DNA from: Cyanidioschyzon merolae
Taxonomy: Eukaryota
Direction: 5' to 3' (one strand)
Length of the DNA: 64,000 nucleotides
NCBI GenBank assembly: GCA_000091205.1
Contig: AP006499.2
The position numbers were made by a program, and so were the translations under genes. Below the pieces are notes generated by a model. It saw nothing but the letters and a program-made list of their open reading frames with translations, was not told the DNA's origin and searched no databases. This document shows, piece after piece, positions 44,957 through 56,689 of this stretch (positions within the stretch are counted from its first letter, which is position 1; each line of letters opens with the position of its first letter).

Positions 44957-44993
44957 TGTGCGTGCGTGCGTGCGTGCATGCGTGCGTGCACGC
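44957..44993. repeat. (GTGC)n tetranucleotide repeat in the 110-bp divergent intergenic region between HMCES (-) and the aminotransferase (+)
   Basis: The run is tgtgcgtgcgtgcgtgcgtgcatgcgtgcgtgcacgc. It probably lies in a bidirectional promoter or 5' UTR, because the annotated aminotransferase ORF start is likely too far upstream. Confidence 0.8.
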
Positions 44994-46638
44994 CAGAACC
45001 CTGCCAGATCTCCAAATGGCGCAAGGCGCACGCTGCGCGGCCACCGCCGCCATAGCACTCAACGGATCGTATGGAATCGGGCAATACGCGGCAATACGCT
45101 TTCGCCATACACATCGCGCATTCACTCGCAAAGATCTTTGCAGTAACTGGCAATCCCTTGCAGCCATGAGGACGATTCACGAGCGTAAGGATGGAACGTT
45201 TATGACACCTGCTTTCATCAGCAGCTCTCATGTATTCCTGTCGGATCCTTGCTTTTGGTCGAGTGGAAGGGTTTCAGGGAGACGGCACCGCAACGCAGTC
45301 TACTCGAAGCCCCAAAGTGGCACGGTCCGCCTGCCAACCCGCCTCGTGCTCGAAGACGCGCCGAGTCGGGAGAAGACTACCCAGTTTGATCGCGCTGAGT
45401 TTGATCGCTATGTTCAAAATACGTATGCGCGGTATCCGCTGACCCTGGTGAGTGGCCGCGGCTCAAAAGTCGTCGACGACAACGGGCGAACGTACATCGA
45501 CTGTGTGGCGGGAATCGCGACTTGCTCCCTAGGCCACGCAGATCCGAGGCTTGTTTCTGCAGTGTCGGACCAAATTCGTCGCCTACATCATGTGTCGAAC
45601 TTGTATTATACAGTAGAGCAGGCAAGTTTAGCCAAGTGGCTTGTTGAGCACTCCTGCGGCGACCGCGTGTTCTTCTGTAACTCGGGCGCTGAGGCCAACG
45701 AGGCAGCGCTCAAGCTGGTACGGAAGTACGCGCACACCCAACTCGGTTTGGATGTGCCGGTGGTGGTCACGGCGATGAACAGCTTCCACGGTCGAACGCT
45801 GGCGACCATCACTGCAACAGGTCAGCCGAAGTACCAGCGCGGCTTCGAACCGTTGATGCCGGGATTTCGATACGTTCCCTACAACGACGTAGCTGCACTG
45901 GAACGCGTTGTCAACGAGCTAGAGCAGATGCGGAACTCTTGGTGGCGACGGATCCAAGGTGCACCTCGAACTGGCTTGGCAGCGATTATGCTGGAGGCGT
46001 TGCAAGGCGAAGGGGGCGTCATGCCAGGAGACCGAGCCTTTTTCGCTGCTGCTCAGCGCATTTGTGAACGAACTGGTGCATTGCTGGTGCTCGATGAGGT
46101 ACAGGTTGGCATGGGGCGGACAGGTAAGCTCTTTGGCTTCGAGAATCTCTCCATACAGCCGGACATCTTCACGCTCGCCAAGGGACTTGGCGGCGGAATA
46201 CCTATCGGGGCCATGATCTGCAATGCCCGCTTGCGCGATATCCTGCAACCTGGCGAGCACGCCTCGACCTTTGGCGGGAATCCGCTGGCCTGTCGTGCGG
46301 GTCTCGTGGTCACTAGGGCGCTGGTCGAGGACAATGTGCTGGAGAATGTACGCGCTCGCGGCGCTCAGCTTCGTAACACGCTCGAGTCCCTGGCTCGTGC
46401 GTACCCTTCGGTGGTGCGCGAGACTCGTGGCTGGGGCCTCATTCAAGGACTAGAGTTTCACGAGCCGTGCTCACCACAATTTGTCCAAGCTGCGATGCGT
46501 GAGGGCGTCCTGCTAGTGCCAGCAGGCCCGCGTGTTGTTCGCTTCGTACCACCCCTGACGATAACGGAAAGCGAGCTCGAAGAAGCCATTCAGGCGACGC
46601 GGCGAGCTTTTCGAAATCTATTCGGATCCGAGTCCTGA
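44962..46638 (+). CDS. argD: Acetylornithine aminotransferase (class-III PLP aminotransferase, arginine biosynthesis), with an N-terminal targeting extension
   Basis: LVSGRGSKVVDDNGRTYIDCVAGIATCSLGHADPRL...FFCNSGAEANEAALKL...LVLDEVQVGMGRTGKLF...DIFTLAKGLGGGIPIGA matches ArgD/ACOAT throughout. The real start is probably at an internal Met around 45.0-45.2 kb. Confidence 0.85.
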   Translation: MRACVHACVHARTLPDLQMAQGARCAATAAIALNGSYGIGQYAAIRFRHTHRAFTRKDLCSNWQSLAAMRTIHERKDGTFMTPAFISSSHVFLSDPCFWSSGRVSGRRHRNAVYSKPQSGTVRLPTRLVLEDAPSREKTTQFDRAEFDRYVQNTYARYPLTLVSGRGSKVVDDNGRTYIDCVAGIATCSLGHADPRLVSAVSDQIRRLHHVSNLYYTVEQASLAKWLVEHSCGDRVFFCNSGAEANEAALKLVRKYAHTQLGLDVPVVVTAMNSFHGRTLATITATGQPKYQRGFEPLMPGFRYVPYNDVAALERVVNELEQMRNSWWRRIQGAPRTGLAAIMLEALQGEGGVMPGDRAFFAAAQRICERTGALLVLDEVQVGMGRTGKLFGFENLSIQPDIFTLAKGLGGGIPIGAMICNARLRDILQPGEHASTFGGNPLACRAGLVVTRALVEDNVLENVRARGAQLRNTLESLARAYPSVVRETRGWGLIQGLEFHEPCSPQFVQAAMREGVLLVPAGPRVVRFVPPLTITESELEEAIQATRRAFRNLFGSES

Positions 46639-48732
46639 ACTCCGGAATGGTTCGATTCAGTAGACGGGATATACCATTGTTCGCCGTCAGAGCTGCAGCG
46701 CGCTTCGTGGTGTACCAACGCCGACACCGGTGCGTCCCATGCGCGCGCGCAACGCAGCGCGCAGACTGCTATGCAAACGAGCAAACTCCCGATTCTGGGC
46801 CCGCAGCGTTTCGATCTCCCGGCAGAGCTGAGGGAGGATCCAGCGTTCGATGAACAGACACTCTGTACGATATCTCTGAGCGACCGCGCGCCAGTAGAAC
46901 AGCTCTGTAGAATTTGTTTGGCATCTCGAACAAGACAGCTCCATGGCGGATCCGTGTAAACCACCAGTTGCACTTTGGTCAAACGCCGTCGTCGAAACGC
47001 GTGTTGCTGCAACTGCGGCCTGCCGTCTGTGATGACACGGATCTGGATCCGTGAAGCATGCGTGCATGCGTGCACGCACGTATACGTACATAAATGTATA
47101 GATTCTGACGTGCGTGGCAGTCATCCATTCACAGATGCACCTGCACGCATACGTGCATACACGTACTCACTCATGCGTTCAAGCATGCCCGCCGCGCAAC
47201 ATTCCCCCAGTGCCTGTGCTCAAAACGAACCCATGTTGGTAAAGACAACATTCTTTGTCATTCGCTCTGTTTCGCCGGGGATCCTCGCACGTCACCTTTG
47301 CAAGAAACCGTCGATGTTTGACAGTGCCCACGAGACCATGTCTCTGGATGCTGCACCAGTAACCGCAGTGATGTTAACGTTGGCCAGTCGCCCGACAAAC
47401 CGCAGATGCGCTTCTCGGTTCGTCCGTACCGTACATTTCCGTTTCATGCGTGCAGCCTATCCCTTGCGTTATTGCCGGAGACGATCCTTTTTATCAGGAG
47501 AGCCGTTCGCATCCATTCACAAGCGCATGCCCAACGCAATCTGCGTTCGCGTTCTGTTCATGATGAACACGCGCTTCGGGCTGGGACCGCGCGGCGCCTG
47601 GGGGTTGCGCTTAACGTTCACGTTCTGCTAATCGCCGCTAATCGCAGGATTCGGACGGATGCGGGCACCACCATGGCAATGGAACATCGCTCGCTCGTCG
47701 TATACGGTAGCAAAACATCACCACTGAATTGCTTGCTTCGGAGCGAAAGAATTTGTTTTGACGTCCGAATTCGCCAGAAGGTGCCATTTAGAACATGTAA
47801 GCGACTATGTCACTGTAAACACCACGATACCACAAACCCTGTGAGATCCGAGCAAGTTCGCTGCCTCCTATACGTGTCTTTGGGTGCGCTCATGGCTCAT
47901 TGTCGGCCTCCGCGTGCAGGGCGGTCACAGAGCAAGATTCGAAGCAGCACCAGTGGCATTCGACTGAGCGTAACAAACCACGATATGCTTCCGTCCGTCC
48001 GGGAATGGTGAGGCTCTGGCCCCACTTCGCAATGCAAGGTGCAGGAAACCAACGGAGGAACGGAGCTCGCGCGCCAGCAAGAATTAGTTCTCCACATGAG
48101 CCTCCAGGCGTTCGCTGTGTTTTTTGTCGAGTCCATGGGACTTCGGCCACCGGTTGAAAGTATCGGGTGAAGGCAACGCTTAACGTGCACCATGATCGGA
48201 GATATCGTACATAATTTGGAGGTTTGCATCGTTTTCAAGCGGGTGCCTTTGAAGCGAGCGCTATCAACAGCCAGTAACGTGGCCAGCGGCAGCTCAGATA
48301 ATCTCCCGGGTGCCTGGTGCTGTTCGGGGAACCCACAGCACCGGGTTTCATCAGCACATTGTGGCCGTCGTCGAGAGACCAAGCAGCGGCACCAGTCCAG
48401 ACACGGCCGCAAGTAGCCGAGTCCGCGCTGCGCACACGCAACCGCACTCGTTCGGGCATTGACGGGCGACTCGGGATGCGTATGGCAACCAGCGAGCTCC
48501 TCCTCGGGCTGCGTACTTGCTTGCACTGTCAAAGAGTTCCCTCAGAGCGCCATGACATTTTGAAGACTGTGTGTATGTGAATGTGTGTGTGTGCTGAATG
48601 AGAGGCACGCATCGGTGGCCTCTCGGCGCACAAAGCAACCAAACGATGCATCCATGTTCTCGCCGCGAAGAGACGCGTCACCCAATGCAGCGCTATGATT
48701 GGGCATGTTTCAAAGACAACGCACTGACTGCT

Positions 48733-49869
48733 TCACCTCTGCTCTCTCGATAACTCCATGAGACGCTGAGTCGTTTGTGGAAAGGTTGGGCGCTCATCGT
48801 CAACTGCGATCCGAGTCGCCTCACCAGGCGATGCGCAGAAGAATGTCTGCCAAGGTTCTGGAAAGACTCGGAAAAGCAAACCATTTGGTAAGGGCTTCAA
48901 GTAGTATATGGGCTCAAATTGCTCAAGATAACGCTTGCGCAGGGCAGTTAGCCGTGGATAAAACAGAGGTGGATAGTAGTTGCTTCGGAGGCGGTCCATG
49001 TTTCCATTTAGGACGACGATGCTTGCGTCGGGATACAACAACGCTGGTCGCTCCAGTTGTAGCCATTCGTCTATGTTAAACCCGGGCTGGACGACGAACA
49101 CAAGTGCTGGCGCCTCGACCTGTTGCAGGAACGCCGGCCTCTCGTACAGCGGCAGTGCTGAGAGCGTGAACGTATGCTCACTGCTTCCATAGACTTTTTC
49201 CGCTATTTTGGCCTCGGCCACGTCCGGAAACACCAAGTGCAGGCGCTTGCGAAATGAAGCTGCGAAAGGTTTGATGATTTCCCGCGCGTGCGAAGTATTG
49301 GCGTCTAGGATCCTCGACAAGGCAGCTGTGGTGTCCCGAACTGCTGGAAAAGAAACTTCATAAAGCGCCGGCGAGCGCGTTTTGGTTTCAGTAGCCTTCG
49401 ACAGCGCATTCTGAACCTGCCTATGCAATGATGCAGTGTCCTTCGGTAAACTTGTGTATTGACAAACCAGAAACATCAAGCGGCGGGAAACGCGTCCGCC
49501 ATGAAGCGCTCGAGGTTTGCGCGCTGCAGGCGCAGATCCAGCGCGTCGGGGCCAGGTGCGCTGCGGCCACGACACGTAGGTGTCCTTAAAATCTAATTTA
49601 ATACAATTGTATCCAATATCCCTTTCCACTGCGAATCGCCATGCGCCGCACCGTACACAACGGATGCAGGCCAATGACTGCGTATCGGTTACGCAGGGTA
49701 TCTCGAGCAGCGCGTGCTTCAACGCAAAGTGTGTTTCCCAGTACTTGGTGCCGTCTGAGGCACTCGAGCGTATAGTAGGTGCCCGCGAGACGCTGTATGC
49801 GCTGTGTTTCGTGGTGAAGGGCTGGTTAACGGCCTTGATAGACGTTCTCACTGTCTGCTGGTTTCGCAC
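48733..49869 (-). CDS. Hypothetical protein, 378 aa; function unknown (possibly a plant/algal DUF-type protein)
   Basis: It is a long GC-rich ORF. It forms a divergent pair with the downstream hydrolase gene across a 110-bp spacer. Confidence 0.35.
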   Translation of the reverse strand: MRNQQTVRTSIKAVNQPFTTKHSAYSVSRAPTIRSSASDGTKYWETHFALKHALLEIPCVTDTQSLACIRCVRCGAWRFAVERDIGYNCIKLDFKDTYVSWPQRTWPRRAGSAPAARKPRALHGGRVSRRLMFLVCQYTSLPKDTASLHRQVQNALSKATETKTRSPALYEVSFPAVRDTTAALSRILDANTSHAREIIKPFAASFRKRLHLVFPDVAEAKIAEKVYGSSEHTFTLSALPLYERPAFLQQVEAPALVFVVQPGFNIDEWLQLERPALLYPDASIVVLNGNMDRLRSNYYPPLFYPRLTALRKRYLEQFEPIYYLKPLPNGLLFRVFPEPWQTFFCASPGEATRIAVDDERPTFPQTTQRLMELSREQR

Positions 49870-49979
49870 GAGCGCATCGAGTCGGCAGGTGGCCAGGAGC
49901 GCGGCAGCCGGAGCTTCACTCGCGAAGATGCAGCGCGGTTACCTGTTCTGGAGATAGGGGGACGTCCAGGAACAACAGA

Positions 49980-51536
49980 ATGTCGCGTATGGACCGGGCA
50001 GCGCCGCAGCTCGTCGGAGCACCAACGGAACAGTCACAAGGGGGCGACGGAGATTGGAAGAAGAATCTATCCGGCAAACTGCAAGAGGCGGGTCCTTGCT
50101 ATGCTCGACTTTTGGGCAGCTCTGAGCGATGCCTGTGGCACTATGAACTGCTGGGAACACCGGGCGCAGCTGCAACGGTCGTACTCCTCCCAGACCACCT
50201 GAACGGGGCAGCGGGGCTCCGTGCACTCGCCTCGGTCGTTGCTCGCTGCGGATATAGAGTTTTGCTTTTAGACTGGCCTGAGCATGTGCATACGGTGGAG
50301 GCTTTTATTAAGAGTCTCGAGAAGCTGCTGGAAGTCCTGGCTGCGGCGGATGCGGTATGTAGAAGCGCGCACTTTCTTGGTGTCGGCCTGGGGGCTCTTC
50401 TTGCGCTATCTTTCGCTCAGCATTGCCCAGACCTTGTTGCGTCTCTCATGCTTGCTGGGGTACTTTGGCGACGCCAGACTCTATCGAGACTGCTTTCGCC
50501 GTGGTCCTTGGCTGGTCGAGTTTGCGCAGCCAACAGCTTGCTACCTCGCTGCATTTTCGAGGAGCCTCTCCTCGAGTCTGGGCTGCTAACCTTTGCCAGT
50601 ACAACGGAGCGTCTCCAAATGCAGCTGCTCATAAGGGAACGCATACGGCAGTCGACCAGAGGAAGCCTCTGTACGCGCTTGTGCCTGATGCGCTCAGGCA
50701 AGGACCCAGGGACGATTCGCTTGCCCGAGTCACGAATATCGCTGATCACGTGTCTGCCGCGCAGTTGGGATGCGGTTTATTTTGCCTCTTCATCAGGTCT
50801 GGGTCGGTCACAGAACCTGCGTTGGCCCTTCACCGATACGAAACTCCAGCACAGGGTACTGCAGTCGCCGTGGGTGCAAAGCTACGAGGAGACAACCCCA
50901 GTCGACGGAACCCACGCTGGTGGCCTCCTGAGACGTGCTTTTTGTGCTTACTGGAGATCCTGGCGACTCGGCAGCGGCGACCGAGATTCTGCAGCGCATC
51001 CAGGACATGGACCTGACACAGCAGCGTTCTTGCTCCTGTTTCCCCGAGCCCGCCGTGCGTATCTGAAAGGCGCTTTTACGAACTATCCTTTCCTGTGGTC
51101 CGCAGATGCCTTTATTCTGCATGTGCTGGTGCATCTACGTCGCCAACTGGATCCACCGCAGCAGTTGCTTCTGCTGCAGCGGTACCGATCTCTCCCTTTG
51201 GGGCATCTTAATACGATACCAGAAAAAACGGATGCAGCTCCCATGAGACCACTGATGCACCAACAGACGAGCGTTTCAAACGCGAACGCGGAACCTAACC
51301 ACGACACGAGATCATCGGACTGGAACCACGAAGACTTTATCAGGATCGTCAGCCCCGCGTCAGCCACAACCTCCTGGGCGACCGTTTACGCTTCAGCTGG
51401 CTCGACGACGCTCACGGATGTCACCCAAGATATTTGGTCTGAGGATGCCAACGAGACAGAGGTTTCATCGAGCTGTGAGTCCACCTGCTCCACCACCAGT
51501 CGCGATGTACGCATCATGCGAGACGCTCTAGCGTAG
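49980..51536 (+). CDS. Alpha/beta-hydrolase fold protein, maspardin (SPG21/ACP33)-like
   Basis: VVLLPDHLNGAAGLRALASVVARCGYRVLLLDWPEH...HFLGVGLGALLALSFAQHCPDLVASLMLAGV is collinear with maspardin (IFLPPVSGTADVFFRQ...GYRVIALQYP...HLFGASLGGFLAQKFAEY). The C-terminal half is low-complexity. Confidence 0.6.
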   Translation: MSRMDRAAPQLVGAPTEQSQGGDGDWKKNLSGKLQEAGPCYARLLGSSERCLWHYELLGTPGAAATVVLLPDHLNGAAGLRALASVVARCGYRVLLLDWPEHVHTVEAFIKSLEKLLEVLAAADAVCRSAHFLGVGLGALLALSFAQHCPDLVASLMLAGVLWRRQTLSRLLSPWSLAGRVCAANSLLPRCIFEEPLLESGLLTFASTTERLQMQLLIRERIRQSTRGSLCTRLCLMRSGKDPGTIRLPESRISLITCLPRSWDAVYFASSSGLGRSQNLRWPFTDTKLQHRVLQSPWVQSYEETTPVDGTHAGGLLRRAFCAYWRSWRLGSGDRDSAAHPGHGPDTAAFLLLFPRARRAYLKGAFTNYPFLWSADAFILHVLVHLRRQLDPPQQLLLLQRYRSLPLGHLNTIPEKTDAAPMRPLMHQQTSVSNANAEPNHDTRSSDWNHEDFIRIVSPASATTSWATVYASAGSTTLTDVTQDIWSEDANETEVSSSCESTCSTTSRDVRIMRDALA

Positions 51537-52973
51537 ATGTCTGGAAAGGACTCTGCTTTCACGTGCTTCTGTTTAGATGGCGACAACGATCCAAGCGGTC
51601 CCGCATAGCAAAATCCAGCTAAAGACGCTTCGCCCCTGTTTCATCGTCTAGATGGTGCATCTTGTGCTCGAATCCGAGCTGCTAGAGGTTTCGTCTTGAA
51701 GAAACGGAATCTGCTTCGGGGTTTAGCGCAGGATCCGAGAGCGCCCTTTGAAAGGGTGCGCGGTGCCCGTGATGGGCCTCATCGCTCATCTGTTCTCGGC
51801 AGACGATGCCGCGAAAGCAGCTTGAACCGGGAAGGTTCCCCGGGTAAGCACGCCATCCTCCAGAGCTCTTACGAAATACTCGAACAATTCCCGATACCTT
51901 TTCTCAAAGACATGTGATTTCGCTTGAATTGGTTATACCTGGAATGCCCTCAGTGTTTAAAGCGTACGCGTGTCGAGTCCTGTCGCAAGTACCAGCCCGG
52001 CCCCTGATATCGCAATCTGTTCCAGATGAATTGGGTCTGCATCCTGATGATGCACAGTCTTTCTGTGCTGGAGTGTATCCCTGGCGTCATGCCTGGATCA
52101 TAAGCGCATTCTAGTCCTGCAGAACAGTTCCATGGGCGGCAGTTTCTCTGGCACTGAGGCATTTCAGGTAGCCTGCGAGATGCCCCAACTGCTATTCCTT
52201 TTGCTGGAATCGAAACGCCGTGGAACAGTCTTTTTCGATTCATTCTGCAGGGAAGCTTGCTCGTAGTCGCTTCAGGGTGCACCAATACTGACGTCATGCG
52301 TAACCTGGCAGCGAATCACCCGAAAACATTTGAGTCACCAAAGCGTCTTTCTGTGTTCGAGCTCCAGTACGAACGGTGCGCTCTGGTAGCTCCAAACGTG
52401 ACACGAGTCCCTGGTGCTTCGCAGCGCCTCCGATAACTCGTTGACCGCAATAAACTATGTAACAGCGAGGAACGCGCCTCGCTTCGGAGGTATTCACAGA
52501 AGCAGCTCGAGGAGCCCCGGGTCCGGGTCCGGCTTTGCGATATCACGGCAACTGCATCGTGATCCTTGCCTCTACTCGAACACAACCCTTTTCCCAGGTA
52601 CGATTCAATGTAACTATCAAGACCTCGGTTGCGACCCAGACTTGAGTATGAAAGTGCCTGCGGGTGCAAGTATATGCGCCTGGTTGACGTTGTTCCCAGC
52701 GCACCGTACTGCCTCCTCGACAAAAGCGTGCTTCAAGGGTCTCGAGCCAAGTGCCGGTGGCGTCTCAGACTGGAGATAGCCATCGCGCTGTTAGGGATCC
52801 CGACTCAGACGCACCCAACCCAAAGCCTACAGACACCGAACTAGTGGCGCCCGAACGCAACAACGAGGATCTTTGGTACCTCGGGTCGACGCGCTTGCAC
52901 CGCCCAAGAGAGGGCCGCAAGCCTGGCAACTGCGTTTCTTCCCGTCTGTGCGCGATCAGGTTTCGAGCTGTGC

Positions 52974-55211
52974 ATGAGTACACTGCTGATACCAGCGTTT
53001 GCAATAGCAGTCGCAGGACTTGCTGCGCTTCGTTGGAATACAGCGAAACAGGTGCCGCATCAAGTCGGAAGGCGCCCGAACGGAGCGCTCCGTCTACCAT
53101 TAGGGGAAACGAACAACGGCGAAGCGAACGACAGGTCTGGTTCCCCGGTCTTATCTCGCCAGGACGCTCTTCAACAAGCGAGAGCCGAAGCAAGCGCCTA
53201 TGCAGCTCAAGAACCGGTTCAAGCGTTTGCACGAAAGGTTCGCAGTTTGCGACCGGAGGACCTTCTCGACCGCTTTGGCCCCAGTGCATCGCTGCACTTT
53301 GGCACAGCGGGTTTACGTGAACCCATGGGCCCTGGATACAACCTTTTGAATACAGTGGTTGTTGTTCGAGCGACTCGTGCGGTACTGGGGCACCTTGCCG
53401 ACACCCTGGGCTGGGAAGCGCTGCGAACGCGTGGCATCCTTATCGGCTATGATGCGAGGCAGCACTCGGAAACCTTTGCGCAAGCTGCTGCCGTGGTTTG
53501 TGCATCGCACCAGGTTGCCTTTGCTCTACTCGATCGTGTCGTGCCGACACCACTGGTTGCCTTCGGGGTGGTTCAACAACAACGCTGTGCTGGAATCATG
53601 ATCACGGCGAGTCACAATCCGAAGGAATACAACGGTTACAAACTCTATATGGAAAATGGCTTGCAGATCAGTGCAGCCGTTGCCAAACAGATTGAGGCTC
53701 GGATGCGGTCCGAGGCGTCCTCGCCCCGAGAACGACAGGCCGAGCTTCTTTTCGCGACCAAGGAGCTGGCCTCGTTACCTCGTCAGTCCGTGGAGACACT
53801 CTGGCAGGCCTACGAACAGCGCATTCGCCATGAACTTTATGCGCCGATGAGGTTCGATAGCGCTCGTCTTCAGATCGTCCATACTGCATTGCATGGTGTG
53901 GCCGACGATTACCTCAGGCGACTTTTTGCGGCCTTTGCATTACCGACCTATACGCCGACGGCGGCACAACAGAGCCCCGACGGTGATTTTCCAACGGTCC
54001 CGGTTCCGAACCCGGAAGAGGGTGCTGCAGTTCTGCGTCTGGCTATGCAGACTGCAGAGCAACTTTTGCGATCGAACAAGACGAATGCTGTGGTGGTTTT
54101 AGCGAATGACCCAGATGCAGATCGGTTGGCAGTGGCAGAACTAGCACCGCAAACAAATCCTCGGTGGCACATTTTCCACGGTGATGAAGTTGGTATCCTA
54201 TTTGCCTGGTGGATGCTGCAGCAGGTCGAGAAGCTTGGTAAGCAACGTGCTTCCACGGAAATGGTCTTCATCAACAGCGTTGTTTCCTCTCAGATGCTCG
54301 GAGCATTGGCTGAACACCAGCACAAGCTGCGCTGCCGCTGGATACAGCATTATCCCGGTTTCAAATGGCTTATGGAAGTGGCGGTAGCGCAAACGCGACC
54401 GCAACAGCAAGTGCTCCTTGTCTACGAGGAGGCGCTCGGCTATGCGCTCGGCGGCCTGCGTTCGGGTACGTTGCCGGTAAATGACAAGGACGGCATCGCC
54501 GCAGCGATCGTCGCAGCCCAGCTGGCTTACTTTTGCCACCAAAACAGGACTTACGGCTCGCTGCAGGGACTTCTCGAGAGCCTCTACCGCCAGTACGGTC
54601 TCTACCTCCAGCACTCTGGATATTTACGCTGTCGAGACTTTCGCACATTGACGCCTTTGTTTGAGCGCATTCGTCAACGCCTCGCGTCGGGCGAGCTGGT
54701 GCTCTTCACCGCCGACGATGGATGCGGAGGCGGCAAACCGTTACCGCCGCGACGGTACCAGATCCAAAGCGTCTATGACTGGACTCGCGGCTACTATTGC
54801 GCGTATGGCTGCGAGCCGGTGCCGCTGTCGCTACCGCCTCAACCCAAAACGCACTTTATGACGTTCTGCATCAGAGAGAGTGATGAACATAGGCTGAGCC
54901 TTCAGAGACAGCGGCGACAGCAGCCGAGGCAAACGCCTTCCGGAGACCGCTCGAGAACGCCATCGTCTCCGTCGACACCGATGAAGCCTGCGAGTCCTTC
55001 GCTCCCCGCAGACGCGGACCTACGAATAACTCTGCGGAACAGCGGCACAGAACGGAAACTTAAGTTCTACTCAGAGCTCCATGTAACTAGATACAGTCGC
55101 TTAGAAGACCGCGATGAACTGCGAAAGGCTCTTGATCGCGCAGTTCGCGCGTTCATCGAGGCGTTCCTGCAGCCAGGCCTACACGGCCTGGAGTATGGAA
55201 CAGATCGTTAA
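52974..55211 (+). CDS. Alpha-D-phosphohexomutase, PGM2/PGM2L1-type (phosphoglucomutase/phosphopentomutase), with an N-terminal extension
   Basis: The active-site motif is GIMITASHNPKEYNGYKLY. Further matches are ILIGYDARQHSETFA, VVLANDPDADRLAV and the C-terminal domain 4. The length is 745 aa. Confidence 0.8.
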   Translation: MSTLLIPAFAIAVAGLAALRWNTAKQVPHQVGRRPNGALRLPLGETNNGEANDRSGSPVLSRQDALQQARAEASAYAAQEPVQAFARKVRSLRPEDLLDRFGPSASLHFGTAGLREPMGPGYNLLNTVVVVRATRAVLGHLADTLGWEALRTRGILIGYDARQHSETFAQAAAVVCASHQVAFALLDRVVPTPLVAFGVVQQQRCAGIMITASHNPKEYNGYKLYMENGLQISAAVAKQIEARMRSEASSPRERQAELLFATKELASLPRQSVETLWQAYEQRIRHELYAPMRFDSARLQIVHTALHGVADDYLRRLFAAFALPTYTPTAAQQSPDGDFPTVPVPNPEEGAAVLRLAMQTAEQLLRSNKTNAVVVLANDPDADRLAVAELAPQTNPRWHIFHGDEVGILFAWWMLQQVEKLGKQRASTEMVFINSVVSSQMLGALAEHQHKLRCRWIQHYPGFKWLMEVAVAQTRPQQQVLLVYEEALGYALGGLRSGTLPVNDKDGIAAAIVAAQLAYFCHQNRTYGSLQGLLESLYRQYGLYLQHSGYLRCRDFRTLTPLFERIRQRLASGELVLFTADDGCGGGKPLPPRRYQIQSVYDWTRGYYCAYGCEPVPLSLPPQPKTHFMTFCIRESDEHRLSLQRQRRQQPRQTPSGDRSRTPSSPSTPMKPASPSLPADADLRITLRNSGTERKLKFYSELHVTRYSRLEDRDELRKALDRAVRAFIEAFLQPGLHGLEYGTDR

Positions 55212-55327
55212 AGCAGGAAAGTGCTCGAAACGTTCATAATTCATCTGGATATGTTTTTAGTCGCTTTAGTAGGTTTCCGCTGGGATCCGAGAAACGCACA
55301 CGCATACCCTACACTTGTGTCGGATTG

Positions 55328-56689
55328 AAATGGAGCACGGAACTGCTCGATCTAATCATGTCTTGCGAATTTTTCCAAACTTGTATCGATATGCAGCCTC
55401 GACTTTCCAAGTGCAGCGATACTGGTTTACGGGTTCATTTGTCGTTTTTAGGATGATCGGTCGTGGTTTCGGTGTGGTGCATGCGACTATCTGGCGCTGG
55501 ATCTCGCTAGGTGACTGGAATCAAGATCATTGGCGGCATTCGCGACTAAGGGCTCGTAACATAACCGACATGATCACAGCGTTCAGACGTGCAAGCCTCC
55601 AGGATTCTCCTTTTATTACGTGTTGTATACGCGAATCATAATTTTCATTCATGTTTCCGATCTTTCTGTTTCAAGGCAAGTTGGTTGTGCAGCAATGCGC
55701 TCCGCTGGATTGGCGATGAAGGGATCTCGACGTCGTCTCATTACGACTTGTAGAATATGTTATTTCAATCGCTCACTGGACTTGCAAACTCAAATAAGCG
55801 ATCCCTGGTTGAAAGACAAACACCCTAATCTTCGCGCCCGTCGACGAGACGGTATGCGGCACCAGCACCCTGATACCTCGCACGGGACAGGCTGCCAGAG
55901 GCTCCCGAGTCGCCTGTTCGCAAGCGCAGAAAAGCGCCCTGGACGCTGGGTTCAGTCGTCGCAGCGACCGCTGCCGGTGTAGCGCTCGTCACCGCTTTGC
56001 ATGGAGTGAGCGTGCATCGCTCAATATACTTCGACTTGTCCTTCGAGCTGCGCTTTCCTTCGGGTAGTTGCTTCATCGTGGACAACATCGCGCTCCACGT
56101 ACCGTCTACCGAAAGGAACAGCGTACGCTTCCATGTAAAACAGGCGGCGTGCTCCCCGAGAGGATCGCCCAGCACAAGCCCGTGATCGCTGCGTGCGACA
56201 CTGGGCTCGGAAATGGAGCACGGCATCCAAGGCAGCCTTCTTCATTCGTCAAGGGCATGTACTGAGCGACGAGGCAAGCGTGCGCACGCCACTGGGTGCT
56301 TCTCCAGTGAGAACGTACGGCGTACGTGTGAGAGCACCTGATCACAGTTTCGTGTTACCGCTGCGAAGGACGCCACGAGTCTCTATGAAGACAAAATGAA
56401 AATCGCGAGCGAAGCAACGTTTCCAATTCCAGTCTGTGCATGGAATGCGTTGTCAACAGCGCGCAGCGACGGCTTCGGGGCCTGAACGCTGCCATCACCA
56501 TCGGTCGACTGCTGGCATCGAAGCAGGCGGGACACCAGAGACCAGCGTATATCAACATCTGATGCAAGAACTAGGAACAAGGACCCGTCGCAGAGGAGGC
56601 CCGCAAAGGCCGGTGTTGATGACGGGCGGAAGCGACGCTGACGTTCGATAGTACGTCCGAGTTGGAGGACCCGTTCCATTTTATTTTGC
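55328..56689 (+). repeat. 1.36-kb dispersed repeat, copy 2
   Basis: See copy 1. It begins about 115 bp after the PGM2-like stop and ends about 690 bp before the COQ6-like gene 3' end. Confidence 0.9.

Noticed and set aside
38235-56689. Interpretation of the two 1.36-kb direct repeats as LTRs of a single 18-kb LTR retrotransposon
   Set aside because: The interior encodes conserved single-copy housekeeping genes (Grx3, HMCES, ArgD, PGM2 and others). It has no gag/pol, protease, RT or integrase signatures, and the repeat termini are not canonical TG...CA.
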